From a candidate division WOR-3 bacterium (GTDB lineage Bacteria > Hydrothermota > Tepidihabitantia > Tepidihabitantales > Tepidihabitantaceae), in the NCBI GenBank assembly GCA_965648935.1, contig CBFGIY010000034.1, positions 1 through 25,004 on the forward strand: a stretch of 25,004 nt of DNA, written 5' to 3'. The position numbers and the translations under genes are program-made. Shown here one piece after another: positions 1 through 9,171 of this stretch (the stretch's first letter is position 1; every line of letters starts with the position of its first letter). The notes under the pieces are model-generated. The model was not told where the DNA came from. It saw only the letters and a program-made list of their open reading frames with translations, and did not search any database.

Positions 1-723
1 GGTGCCGTTATCCCATGCCAGGGAACCCTCGACCTGCCCGACAACGTTGAACTTCAGTATCACCGACCTTGCGTCGTACAGCTGAATCCGGCTGTAGCGC
101 ACTGTAGACCGCTTCGGGATCACCACGCTCTGTAGTGTCCAGAGAGTGTCCTTGTGCTGTGGCGGCGGCGGGGGCGGCGGCGCGCCACGGGGGTACTGCC
201 TCAGCACGATGCCGTCCACCATCGATGAGTCCGCATCGGTCCAGTATGTCAGGTCGAACGAGGTCACGCCGGTCGGCGCGGCGAAGTTGCACACGCTCTG
301 CTGATGCCACCAGTCACCGACGAAACTGCTGGTTGTCTCGAACACGACAATATTCTGTCCGTCCAGCAGCTTGAGGTTGAAATGCATCCGCGAGCCGGTC
401 CACCAGGAGTAGTTGGCGAGATAGCAGTCATTGCCGGCAAGCTGTATGGTGTCGGCATCAAGCACCCTGAAGGCCGGACCGGTGTAGCGGATCCAACCGC
501 CACGCCGGATAGCACAGAAGCTGTCAACGTTATGCAACAGGTCGGGCCGGATCTCGACCGGCCCGGAGTACTCCCAGTTCCGGAGTCCATACCAGAAATC
601 GCCATCGGCGTAGAGCAGGCCCGGCTGCGGACCGGTAGTGCGCACGAGCCCCTCAGGTTCGACCAGGTCGCACGCGCCCAGCAGAACAAGGGCGAGTGCC
701 GCAACTGTCAGCGTCCGTTTCAT
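1..723 (-). CDS. Putative lipoprotein, 3' end truncated by window edge
   Basis: Not in the ORF track because there is no stop inside the window. Manual translation from ATG at 723 gives MKRTLTVAALALVLLGAC-DLVEPEG..., open to position 1. It has a lipobox (LGAC), an AGGAG RBS ~5 nt upstream, and a poly-Pro linker (GAPPPPPPPQ) at ~160-185. Confidence 0.8.
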   Translation of the reverse strand, partial: MKRTLTVAALALVLLGACDLVEPEGLVRTTGPQPGLLYADGDFWYGLRNWEYSGPVEIRPDLLHNVDSFCAIRRGGWIRYTGPAFRVLDADTIQLAGNDCYLANYSWWTGSRMHFNLKLLDGQNIVVFETTSSFVGDWWHQQSVCNFAAPTGVTSFDLTYWTDADSSMVDGIVLRQYPRGAPPPPPPPQHKDTLWTLQSVVIPKRSTVRYSRIQLYDARSVILKFNVVGQVEGSLAWDNGT

Positions 724-896
724 ACAGGCTCCTGTTGATGTATCGGACTTGTCGGATGAGCAGGGCGCGCTGTCGCCAGCTTCACCACAGAAGGCGGCGC
801 GCCGGGCTTGTAGCTCCATGACCCGCAACATGGGTCTAGACAGAAGCCTCCCTTCGCGCCACTGCGGCCGGACGCGTCCGGGAGAACATATGGTCT

Positions 897-3062
897 TCAT
901 CGGGCAACCACGAACCTCGTCGCCGCGCCGGCTCCGTCCGTGGTCTGAACTCGAAGCAGATAGACGCCTGCGGCCAGCCGCGCGCAGTCCAGCCGGCCCG
1001 GGCCGTCAAGTTCCTGACTGATTACCGCGCGCCCGACCGCATCGAACACACTTGCCTGCGCCGGGCCGTGCCAGCCGCTCAAGCATGCCGCGCCCCGGAC
1101 CACGCTTGGCGCGACGCGCACGGCCAGACCTGCCGGACCGGGCCACGGCTCGCGCGGCTCATCGGCCTTGAGTTTGAGAACGAAAGCGTGCATCGCGGTA
1201 TCGGTCCGTGTCTCGCCCTCGGCTTCAAACTGCAGGCTGCAACTTGCCACGTAATGACCAGGCGGTCCGGCCCACGGCCGAAACACCGCGGCGGCCTCCT
1301 GCCCGGGCCCGACCGTCACCTCGACCGAATCGACGTAGTGTACCGACTCAAGCCTGACATCGTCGAGCCAGACCCCGGCCATGCCCGGCTCGCCGCAGTA
1401 GCGAAACCCGACCCGGACCAGCGTATCACCGACTTCATGGAACCCGACACGGCAGGCAACCGGCTGGGCACCGGTGCAGGCAACAGCGCCCAGACAGACG
1501 GCGAAATCCTTCGCCCCGGCTTCGCCGAACGCGGCCCAGACTTCAACAGAATCGCGCCCCGGCCAGACTGCCGCGATGGTGAAGTGTAGCGTGTCGGCGG
1601 GCCCGACGCGGACCTCCGGCGTGACTAGCCAGTCGTCGGACCTGCGTCCCTCGGCACCGGGCCGGCACTCGGCGCGGCCGGTCAGGCCCCCTGAATCGCA
1701 GATGCCGTGACTCCACCCGGCGTCGCCGCCGTCCGAATTGAAGCGCGACCATCCCGCGGGCGGAAATGCCGTCGAGTCATCGAAGCTCTCGGCAATGCCT
1801 CCGCCCGGCCGCTCAACGCGCAGGAACGCGCGCGCCACTGCTTCGTTGCCGCCGCGGTTGACCAAGACCACCTCCGGTGCCACCGCGCCGGACCTGCCTT
1901 CCTCGGCCGGCCTGACCAGCCCGGAGAATTCCAGGTCAGGCGGCGCGACAGCCGGTACCGGCGGCCGCACTGGCACGACACCGACCGGGCAACCGTATCG
2001 CAGGTTCAGCATCGCTTCGCGCGGGGTGCCGCCCCAGCAGTCACGCACCATTGCCCAGTCCTTGCTCGGTGGGCCCCAGCCGCAGAACGTCACCGTGTGA
2101 CTTCCGTACTGCGGGTGGCCGAGCAGACATAGCACGCCTGGCCGGCCGCTGTCAATCTCGGCACTGAACAGGTCGAAGTTGTCCCAAGAAAGCCAGCTCA
2201 CGAAGCCGTACTCACAGCCCCAGCGCGGTTCATTGCACACCTCGGCAATGCCCATCGGGATCCGCTCGCCTGCAGTAGAACCGGTGCGCAAGGTATCGGT
2301 CTGCATCGCGACAGCCAGCTTCCGGCTCACGTCCGGCACACTGTCGATGTCGCCCTCAATCGGGTCATACACACCGTGGTACACGGTGTCGACCAGCCGG
2401 TCAAATCCGCGCCGGTCCCAGTAGGTCAGGATATTGGCTGCCGCGGTCGGCGCGCAGCCGTAGTGCCAGTCCCAGTCAGGCACGCCCTCGATCCAGCTCT
2501 GACCGTCAGTAGCCGGTGGCGCACCGCCCGCCAGATAGCACCGCCATTGTTCAGCGAAAAGCGTCTTCTGGGCGTCTGCGTACTCAACCGGTTCGACTGC
2601 CTGAACCGCGCTGACCGATACCGGTTTCAAGTCACGGACCGCGACCGCGACGGACGAGTCGACAGAAGAGAACACGAACCACAGGTCGAAGGGCGAGTAG
2701 TAGACCCGACCGGTCAGCCCGATGTCCGATGCGCCCAGGGCCGACTCGGCCACGGCGCGAGAACGGGCAAGAACGCTGCTATCGGGCGCCGGGCCTGCCC
2801 AATGCAGCAGGACCGGCGGCATCTCGGTCTTCGCGCCGACGATGGCAGTGACGAAGCGACCATCGAGCAGTTCGCGCTGACAGACGTATGACCCGGGCTC
2901 GCCGCGGACGTCGCCGTACAGCCAGCAGCCGGCCGGCTTGCCTGTGCCGTACGCGCCATCCAGAACGACCGTCGCTGCCGCGGTGGCTTCTGCCTCAGTC
3001 ACGGGAACAGCGCTCGTGAACGATGAACCAAGAACCAGCAGCAGCGCAACGGCCGCCCGCAC
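897..3062 (-). CDS. Secreted papain-like cysteine peptidase (C39-like/C10-like) with cleaved-adhesin (choice-of-anchor J)-like and CARDB-like regions and a T9SS type A-like C-terminal domain
   Basis: Signal peptide VRAAVALLLVLGSSFTSA; GTG at 3062 is the likely start (track start 3149). Catalytic-type motifs VPDWDWHYGCAPTAAANILTYWD (Cys), GSHTVTFCGW (His) and VRDCWG. Adhesin-like motifs ESFDDSTAFPPAGWS, SDDWLVTP and VWLDDV. C-terminus VFDAVGRAV...LAAGVYLLRV...TRFVVAR. Confidence 0.8.
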   Translation of the reverse strand: MRAAVALLLVLGSSFTSAVPVTEAEATAAATVVLDGAYGTGKPAGCWLYGDVRGEPGSYVCQRELLDGRFVTAIVGAKTEMPPVLLHWAGPAPDSSVLARSRAVAESALGASDIGLTGRVYYSPFDLWFVFSSVDSSVAVAVRDLKPVSVSAVQAVEPVEYADAQKTLFAEQWRCYLAGGAPPATDGQSWIEGVPDWDWHYGCAPTAAANILTYWDRRGFDRLVDTVYHGVYDPIEGDIDSVPDVSRKLAVAMQTDTLRTGSTAGERIPMGIAEVCNEPRWGCEYGFVSWLSWDNFDLFSAEIDSGRPGVLCLLGHPQYGSHTVTFCGWGPPSKDWAMVRDCWGGTPREAMLNLRYGCPVGVVPVRPPVPAVAPPDLEFSGLVRPAEEGRSGAVAPEVVLVNRGGNEAVARAFLRVERPGGGIAESFDDSTAFPPAGWSRFNSDGGDAGWSHGICDSGGLTGRAECRPGAEGRRSDDWLVTPEVRVGPADTLHFTIAAVWPGRDSVEVWAAFGEAGAKDFAVCLGAVACTGAQPVACRVGFHEVGDTLVRVGFRYCGEPGMAGVWLDDVRLESVHYVDSVEVTVGPGQEAAAVFRPWAGPPGHYVASCSLQFEAEGETRTDTAMHAFVLKLKADEPREPWPGPAGLAVRVAPSVVRGAACLSGWHGPAQASVFDAVGRAVISQELDGPGRLDCARLAAGVYLLRVQTTDGAGAATRFVVAR

Positions 3063-3350
3063 ATAGGCAAACGCATCAGCGCCCGGCAAGCCATCTGACA
3101 TGCCAGGCGAAATCCACCGACGACCGCAATAGGCTCTGCTAATCAACACTCTCTCTTCGCCGGAATGTGCAATGCACGTGCCAGCCAGCCGAAGCCTCCC
3201 ACCGACGGTAACGATATGGCATACAGCAAGTTACGGTCTCACCGACGCACAAACCCCGACAAGGACATTCTGATAGTATTGCCAACAAAGTGCTGCAACA
3301 ATCTGATTGGCAAGGTGTTATGAAGCGCGACCAACGAAAGATGGCGTCGC

Positions 3351-3379
3351 TTGACAAGGTACTCTAGGTGCTGTATTTT
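3351..3379 (+). promoter_or_regulatory. Sigma70-type promoter for the repeat-protein operon
   Basis: TTGACA (3351-3356), 17-nt spacer, TATTTT (3374-3379), in the AT-richer divergent intergenic region. Confidence 0.6.
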
Positions 3380-3591
3380 CACCTCAGTTCTGGGGTAAGG
3401 CTCGCTGACGGAGCGCAGGGCAAGGCGACTGCCTTGGCCTCGATAGGGGTTACTCCTCCTTCCAGCAGAAGAAGCTAGCAGTCGGCTCGCACGGATGGAA
3501 CCCGTGGGTCAGGCTGGAGTCAGTTACTTGGGTTTCTGGGCTTGGCTTCTCCGCACGCGGAGAAGACCGTATTAGAACTAGGAGGTCCGCG

Positions 3592-6500
3592 ATGGGTACC
3601 GTCAGGCTTCTGTTCTGCCTGGCCGGTTTGTGCGCAGTTGTCTGGGGTGGTGTGCCGGAGGCAAACGGCATCGCCCAACCCTCCCCTGAAATTGACGTCG
3701 CGCCGGGTGACTGCCGGCACGACATTGGTGCGACGAGTATCCGCTGGCCGCGCGACACGGTTTCGCTGGACACGGTCAGCAATCCTCGCGCGTGGATCTA
3801 CAACTTCGGCGACTTCGCTGAAACGGGCTTCCCGGTCACCTTCCTCATACTTTCCGGCACCGACACGCTCTACCGGGCAACAGACACCTTCCGTGCCGAA
3901 CTGCCCCCTGGCACCAATGCGACGATGGTGTTCCCGCAGTGGACCGCGCGGCCGACCGGTCAGCACACCGCGGTCTGCTACACGAGACTCGCCAGTGATG
4001 CCTCAAGAGCGAACGACACGACTCGCCGCTCTTTTTTGGTTCAGGACTGCCGCGGCGACGTTGGCGCAACTCTCATCCTCACGCCGACTGGTGCGGTCGA
4101 CTCCGGCGCACTCATCACCCCGCGCGCGGTCATCAGAAACTATACCGGTCGCACCGAGACGTTCCCCGTGACCCTGCGTATCGGCAGTCTCTACAGCCAG
4201 ACACGACAGTGTAGCCTGCCCGGCTTTGCCATCGACACCGTCGAGTTCGCGCCGGCCTGGACTGCGGAGCCACCCGGCACCTATCCAGTCATCTGTTTCA
4301 CCGCGCTTTCGGCTGACGCTAACCGGTCCAATGATACTGCCCGCTCGTCGGTCACGGTGCTCGATTGCCCGCGCCACGACGTCGGCGCGCTCGAGATAGT
4401 CTGGCCGCGCGGCCAGATCGACTCCGGCTCCGTGGTTACGCCGCGCGCGGTCATCCGCAACTACGGCAACCGCGACGAAACCTTCCCGGTCACCCTGCGC
4501 ATCGGCATCGTCTACTCACGAACAGTCACCGCATCGCTTGCGGTTGGTGCGACCGACACGGTGACCTTCCCGGGCTGGACAGCCCACCCGCTCGGCGGCC
4601 ACACGACGGTCTGCTTCACCAACCTCTGGAACGACGAGAACCGCGCCAATGATACGACCTGGGGCGAAATCTGCGTGGTCCGTCCTGCCCGTCACGATGT
4701 CGGCACAGAAGCCATCCTCGCGCCGCTCGGTATCGTCGATTCCGGCACGCTGCACCTGCCCCGCGCGATCATCCACAACTACGGCACGCGCAGCGATTCG
4801 TTCCCGGTGACATTTGAAATCGAAGGCGGCTACAGCGCAACCGAGCGCCGCACCCTGTTGCCGGGCCAGACCGACACGGTCGACTTCCTGCCCTTCTGGA
4901 GGGCCCGACCTCTGGGCAACCTCAGCGTTCGCTGTTTCACCGCGCTCGCCAGCGACACCAACCGCGCCAACGACACCGCCCGCGCTTCGGTGACGGTGGT
5001 CGTGCCGGAGATCCACGACGTCGGCGTCGCCGCAATCCTCGCGCCGGTCGGCACACTCGACTCCGGAGCGGTCGTCACGCCGCTCGCGCTCGTACGCAAC
5101 TACGGCACGCGTGACGAGAGCTTTCCGGTGAGCTTCAGCATCGGCACTGACTACGAACAGACCATTGACCTCGAACTTGCCGCCGGACGCGACACAACCC
5201 TGGCCTTCCCGGACTGGATTGCCCAGCCCGTGGGCGGCCACGAGGTCACCTGCTTCACCCGGCTGGCCGCAGACGAGAACCGCGCCAACGACACCGCGCG
5301 CGCGGCGGTCGAGGTTCGTTCACTGCCCCGCCCCGATGTCGGAACGCTGGCGATACTCGCGCCGGTCGGCACGGTGGACTCAGGCAGCGCCCGCACCCCG
5401 ACCGCGGTCATCCACAACTTCGGCAATCGCCGGGCGACCTTCCCGGTCACGTTCACGATTAGCGACGGCTACGCGCGCACTCTGAACCTGTCGCTCGACC
5501 CGGGTCAGACCGACACGGTCATCTTCCCGGCCTGGGTCGCGGCACTGCCGGGAGCCTACGCCTGCACCGCCTACACCGCGCTCGAGGCGGACGTCGACCG
5601 TTCCAACGACACCACTGCCGCCGCAGTTGCAGTCAGGGCACTCCCCCCGCCCGATGTCGGCGTCATTCACATTCTGGCCCCGACCGGCTTCGCCGAACTC
5701 GGCCAGGTCATCATCCCGCGTGCCGTAGTCCGGCACTGGCCGGACACGACCGATGCCCAGGTCACGTTCCCGGTCACGATGACCATCGGCTCAACCTACC
5801 GCGAATCGCTGATCGTCACACTGCCCGGCGGCGCCAGCCGGACGGTCGAGTTCCCGGCCTGGAATGCCGGGCCGCTCGGCCGCCACGAGGTCTTCTGCTT
5901 CACGCAGCTCGAGCCCGACCCGAATCGCGCAAACGATACCGCCCGCACGACGGTCGAAATCATCACCGCACCGCGCCACGACGTCGGCGCCACGGCCATC
6001 CTCGCGCCGCTCGGCACGCTCGACTCCGGCACGGTGCACACGCCTCAGGCCGTCATCCGCAACTTCGGCACGCGCAACGAGACGTTCCCGGTAACCTTCC
6101 GCATCGGCGCGGCCTACACCGAAACGCTGCTGCGCCAGCTCGCACCGGGCCAGGTCGATACGGTGCGCTTTCCGCTCTGGATCGCCCAGCCGCTCGGCCG
6201 ACACGCCACGGTCTGCTACACCGCGCTCGACCGCGACGAGGACCGGTCCAACGACACAGTCTGGGGCAAGGACTCGGTCGCAGTGGTGCGCCGCCTGCGG
6301 CCCGATGTCGGGGCGACGCGCATCATCGCGCCGGCCGGCCGCTATGACTCGGGCACGGTCGTGACGCCCAGCGCCGTTGTCCGCAACTTCGGCAACACCG
6401 CCGAGAAGTTCCCAGTCACCTTCGCGGTCGCCGACTACGCGGACACCCTGTGGGCTTTCCTCCCGCCCGGGCAAGTCGACACGGTCACGTTCCGCGACTG

Positions 6501-9171
6501 GATTGCCCAGCCGGTGGGCCGGCACTTGCCGATCTGCTACACCGCGCTTGACCGCGACATCGACCGCTCCAACGACACGGTGTTCGGCCTCGACTCGGTC
6601 GAAGTCCGCACGCCGCGTCGCAGCGATGTCGGCGCGACCGCGATACTTGCGCCCGTCGGCGCAGTCGACTCCGGCACGGTGGTTACGCCGCGCGCGCGCG
6701 TCCGCAACTTCGGCACGCGCAACGAGACCTTCCCGGTAACAATGCGTATCGGCGCCGCCTACACCGAGACGCTTGAGGTCACGCTCGGCAGCGACGATTC
6801 GGCCACGGTCGTTTTCCCGTTCTGGGTCGCCAGGCCGGTTGACAGCATCATCACGGCCTGCTACACCGCGCTCGACCGCGACGAGAACCGGTCCAACGAT
6901 ACGACTCGCAGCTGGGTCCGCGTCAACCGACGCATCCGCCACGATGTCGGGGTCGACGCAGTCATCGCGCCGGCCGGCACGGTCGACTCGGGCACGACGG
7001 TCATCCCCCGGGCGCTGGTCCGCAACCACGGAAGCGTCTTGGACAGCTTCCCGGTCACGATGCGCATCGGCACGAACTACACTCAGACGCGCTCTCTGTC
7101 GCTCGCTCCCGGCGCACAGGACACGGTGAGCTTTCCGGGATGGACCGCAACGCGGGTCGAAACCGCCCCGGTTATCTGCTTCACCAGCCTCGCCAGCGAT
7201 GAGAACCGCGCCAACGACACCGCACGCGCCACCGTGACGGTACGGGCACCCGGCACCCGCGATGTCGGCGTGACCGCAGTCCTCGCCCCGGTCGGCACGG
7301 TTGATTCGGGCACGGCCCAGACTCCGACTGCTGTTATCCGCAACTACGGCAGCGCGGCGGCAACCTTCCCGGTCACTTTCCGGATCAGCGACGGCTATGC
7401 GCGAACGCTGAACCGCTCGCTCAACCCCGGTCAGACCGACACGGTCATCTTCCCGGCCTGGGTCGCGCATCCGCCCGGCACCTATGCCTGCACTGCCTAC
7501 ACTGCCCTTGAAGGCGACATCAACCGCGCCAACGACACCGCGACGGCGTCGGTCGCTGTCAACCCGCTCCGCCTGCCCGACGTCGGGGTGCGGCGCATCA
7601 TCGCACCGGTCGGCATCGTTGACTCGGGTGAGACGATAATCCCGGTTGCCGAAGTCAGGCACTACCTCGACACCGACGAGCGGGCCGAGGTAACCTTCCC
7701 CGTAACGATGGTCATCGGCGCAACCTACCGCGAGTCGCTGGTCGTGACCCTGCCCGCAGGAGGGATTGACACCTTCCAGTTTCCGCCCTGGACCGCGCGG
7801 ACTCTGGGCACGTTCGCCGAGGTCTGTTTCTCGCAGCTCGCCGGCGACCCGAACCCGGCCAACGACACGGCCCGCGCCCAGGTGCAGGTCCTCGCACTGC
7901 CCCGGCACGACGTCGGGGCCGAAGCCATCATCGCGCCCGCCGGCACGGTCCAGCAGGGCTTCTCGGTCGCCCCGCGTGCTGTCGTCAAGAACCACGGCAA
8001 CCGCGCCGAAAACTTCCCGGTCACGCTCTCCATCGGCGCTGACTACCTCTCCACACTCATGGTCGAGTCGCTCCTGCCCGGCGCGGTAGACACGGTGAGT
8101 TTCCCGGCGTGGAACGCGCCCTTTGTCGGCGTCCAGGCAATGCTCTGCTACACCGCGCTGCCGGCCGACGCCAACCGCGCCAACGACACGGTCGCCGGCA
8201 CGGTACGCGTTGTCAACGCCGATGCCGAAGCGGTGGTCATCATCGCTCCGGTCGGCACGGTTGACTCCGGCGCGCTCATCACCCCGCGTGCGGTCATCCG
8301 CAACAACGGGCCGGGCGCGGCCGCGTTCCCCGTGACACTGCGTATCGGCGCTGCGTACTCCGGCAGCGTGCTCGCCGACCTCGCGGCCGGCCGGTCCGAC
8401 ACCTTCTCGTTCCCGGCCTGGACCGCCCAGCCGCTCGGGCCGCAGGACGCGGTCTGCTACACGCAACTGCAAGGCGACCCCAACCCGGCCAACGACACGG
8501 CCCGCGCCCGGGTGGAGGTCGTGCCCGCGACCCGCGACGTCGGCACGCTCGCGGTGCTCTCGCCGACCGGCCGCGCCGGTGTCGGCGGCCCGCCCTGGCG
8601 GGTCAGCGTATCGCCCCGTGCCCGCATCACGAACTTCGGACTGCGCACCGAGCCGCTCTTCCCCTGCCGGTTCCGCATCGACCGCTACGAGGTGCGCGCC
8701 GGCGGCGGCAGCGAGACGACCTATGTTGCCACGGCTTACGATGTCACGCTCGATGTCGCCGCGCTCGAACCGGGCGAGACGCGCGAGATCAGCTTCCCCG
8801 ATACCGCGCTCGGGCTTGGCCTGTTTGTCGTCTCCTGCTCGACCCGTCTCAGTGGCGACGCCGACCCGACCAATGACCGCCGCACCGCGGTCTTCGTCGT
8901 CGACGATTCGCTGGGCAGTCCCGAGTTCGACATCCGGATATACACCCGCGCCGGCGAGCTCGTGCGCCGGCTCGGCATCACGCGCCGGCCCGGCGACCCG
9001 CTCTGGCTGACGTGGAACGGCCGCAACGACCGCGGCGAGCGCGTCGCGCCCGGCACCTACATCTGCCTGATGTCGGTGCGCACCACCGACGGCGTGCCGC
9101 GCGAGACCCGGCAGAACATACTGGTGCCGCGCGGCGCTGAAGAAGTGCGCCTGAACTGGAGGCAGCCGTGA
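3592..9171 (+). CDS. Large secreted surface protein with 16 tandem ~110-aa CARDB/Ig-like repeats and a C-terminal FlgD-Ig-like (T9SS CTD-like) domain
   Basis: AGGAGG RBS at 3580-3585 and an N-terminal signal peptide. Repeat consensus (H/P)DVG..I.AP.G.VDSG..VTP.A.IRN.G...ETFPVT..IG..Y...L.PG..DTV.FP.W.A.P.G....C(Y/F)T.L..D.NRANDT. C-terminus IRIYTRAGELVRRL...LTWNGRNDRGERVAPGTYI. Confidence 0.9.
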   Translation: MGTVRLLFCLAGLCAVVWGGVPEANGIAQPSPEIDVAPGDCRHDIGATSIRWPRDTVSLDTVSNPRAWIYNFGDFAETGFPVTFLILSGTDTLYRATDTFRAELPPGTNATMVFPQWTARPTGQHTAVCYTRLASDASRANDTTRRSFLVQDCRGDVGATLILTPTGAVDSGALITPRAVIRNYTGRTETFPVTLRIGSLYSQTRQCSLPGFAIDTVEFAPAWTAEPPGTYPVICFTALSADANRSNDTARSSVTVLDCPRHDVGALEIVWPRGQIDSGSVVTPRAVIRNYGNRDETFPVTLRIGIVYSRTVTASLAVGATDTVTFPGWTAHPLGGHTTVCFTNLWNDENRANDTTWGEICVVRPARHDVGTEAILAPLGIVDSGTLHLPRAIIHNYGTRSDSFPVTFEIEGGYSATERRTLLPGQTDTVDFLPFWRARPLGNLSVRCFTALASDTNRANDTARASVTVVVPEIHDVGVAAILAPVGTLDSGAVVTPLALVRNYGTRDESFPVSFSIGTDYEQTIDLELAAGRDTTLAFPDWIAQPVGGHEVTCFTRLAADENRANDTARAAVEVRSLPRPDVGTLAILAPVGTVDSGSARTPTAVIHNFGNRRATFPVTFTISDGYARTLNLSLDPGQTDTVIFPAWVAALPGAYACTAYTALEADVDRSNDTTAAAVAVRALPPPDVGVIHILAPTGFAELGQVIIPRAVVRHWPDTTDAQVTFPVTMTIGSTYRESLIVTLPGGASRTVEFPAWNAGPLGRHEVFCFTQLEPDPNRANDTARTTVEIITAPRHDVGATAILAPLGTLDSGTVHTPQAVIRNFGTRNETFPVTFRIGAAYTETLLRQLAPGQVDTVRFPLWIAQPLGRHATVCYTALDRDEDRSNDTVWGKDSVAVVRRLRPDVGATRIIAPAGRYDSGTVVTPSAVVRNFGNTAEKFPVTFAVADYADTLWAFLPPGQVDTVTFRDWIAQPVGRHLPICYTALDRDIDRSNDTVFGLDSVEVRTPRRSDVGATAILAPVGAVDSGTVVTPRARVRNFGTRNETFPVTMRIGAAYTETLEVTLGSDDSATVVFPFWVARPVDSIITACYTALDRDENRSNDTTRSWVRVNRRIRHDVGVDAVIAPAGTVDSGTTVIPRALVRNHGSVLDSFPVTMRIGTNYTQTRSLSLAPGAQDTVSFPGWTATRVETAPVICFTSLASDENRANDTARATVTVRAPGTRDVGVTAVLAPVGTVDSGTAQTPTAVIRNYGSAAATFPVTFRISDGYARTLNRSLNPGQTDTVIFPAWVAHPPGTYACTAYTALEGDINRANDTATASVAVNPLRLPDVGVRRIIAPVGIVDSGETIIPVAEVRHYLDTDERAEVTFPVTMVIGATYRESLVVTLPAGGIDTFQFPPWTARTLGTFAEVCFSQLAGDPNPANDTARAQVQVLALPRHDVGAEAIIAPAGTVQQGFSVAPRAVVKNHGNRAENFPVTLSIGADYLSTLMVESLLPGAVDTVSFPAWNAPFVGVQAMLCYTALPADANRANDTVAGTVRVVNADAEAVVIIAPVGTVDSGALITPRAVIRNNGPGAAAFPVTLRIGAAYSGSVLADLAAGRSDTFSFPAWTAQPLGPQDAVCYTQLQGDPNPANDTARARVEVVPATRDVGTLAVLSPTGRAGVGGPPWRVSVSPRARITNFGLRTEPLFPCRFRIDRYEVRAGGGSETTYVATAYDVTLDVAALEPGETREISFPDTALGLGLFVVSCSTRLSGDADPTNDRRTAVFVVDDSLGSPEFDIRIYTRAGELVRRLGITRRPGDPLWLTWNGRNDRGERVAPGTYICLMSVRTTDGVPRETRQNILVPRGAEEVRLNWRQP
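3715..8910 (+). repeat. Intragenic tandem array of 16 diverged ~330-bp units (CARDB-like repeats)
   Basis: Recurring nucleotide motifs cacgacgtcggc, ttcccggtcac and aaccgcgccaacgacac at ~330-bp spacing; 16 DVG-type repeat starts counted in the translation. Boundaries approximate. Confidence 0.85.

Noticed and set aside
304..738. 144-aa plus-strand ORF
   Set aside because: Antisense to the lipoprotein gene (723 to <1), which has an RBS and lipobox.
868..881. 14-bp perfect palindrome CCGGACGCGTCCGG
   Set aside because: Single GC-rich instance with no second copy or linked regulator; plausible by chance.
3410..3455. Canonical c-di-GMP-I riboswitch
   Set aside because: Only short flanking strands resemble it; the GNRA tetraloop/receptor and GACGCAAA core are absent. 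Kept only as a generic structured leader.
5791..8472. 893-aa minus-strand ORF
   Set aside because: Antisense shadow of the GC-rich repeat gene; Arg/Gly/Val-rich with no motifs, RBS or signal.
3715..8910. Repeats as CRISPR array or DGR template/variable repeats
   Set aside because: Units are ~330 bp, in frame and protein-coding; differences between copies are not adenine-specific; no cas or reverse transcriptase gene in the window.
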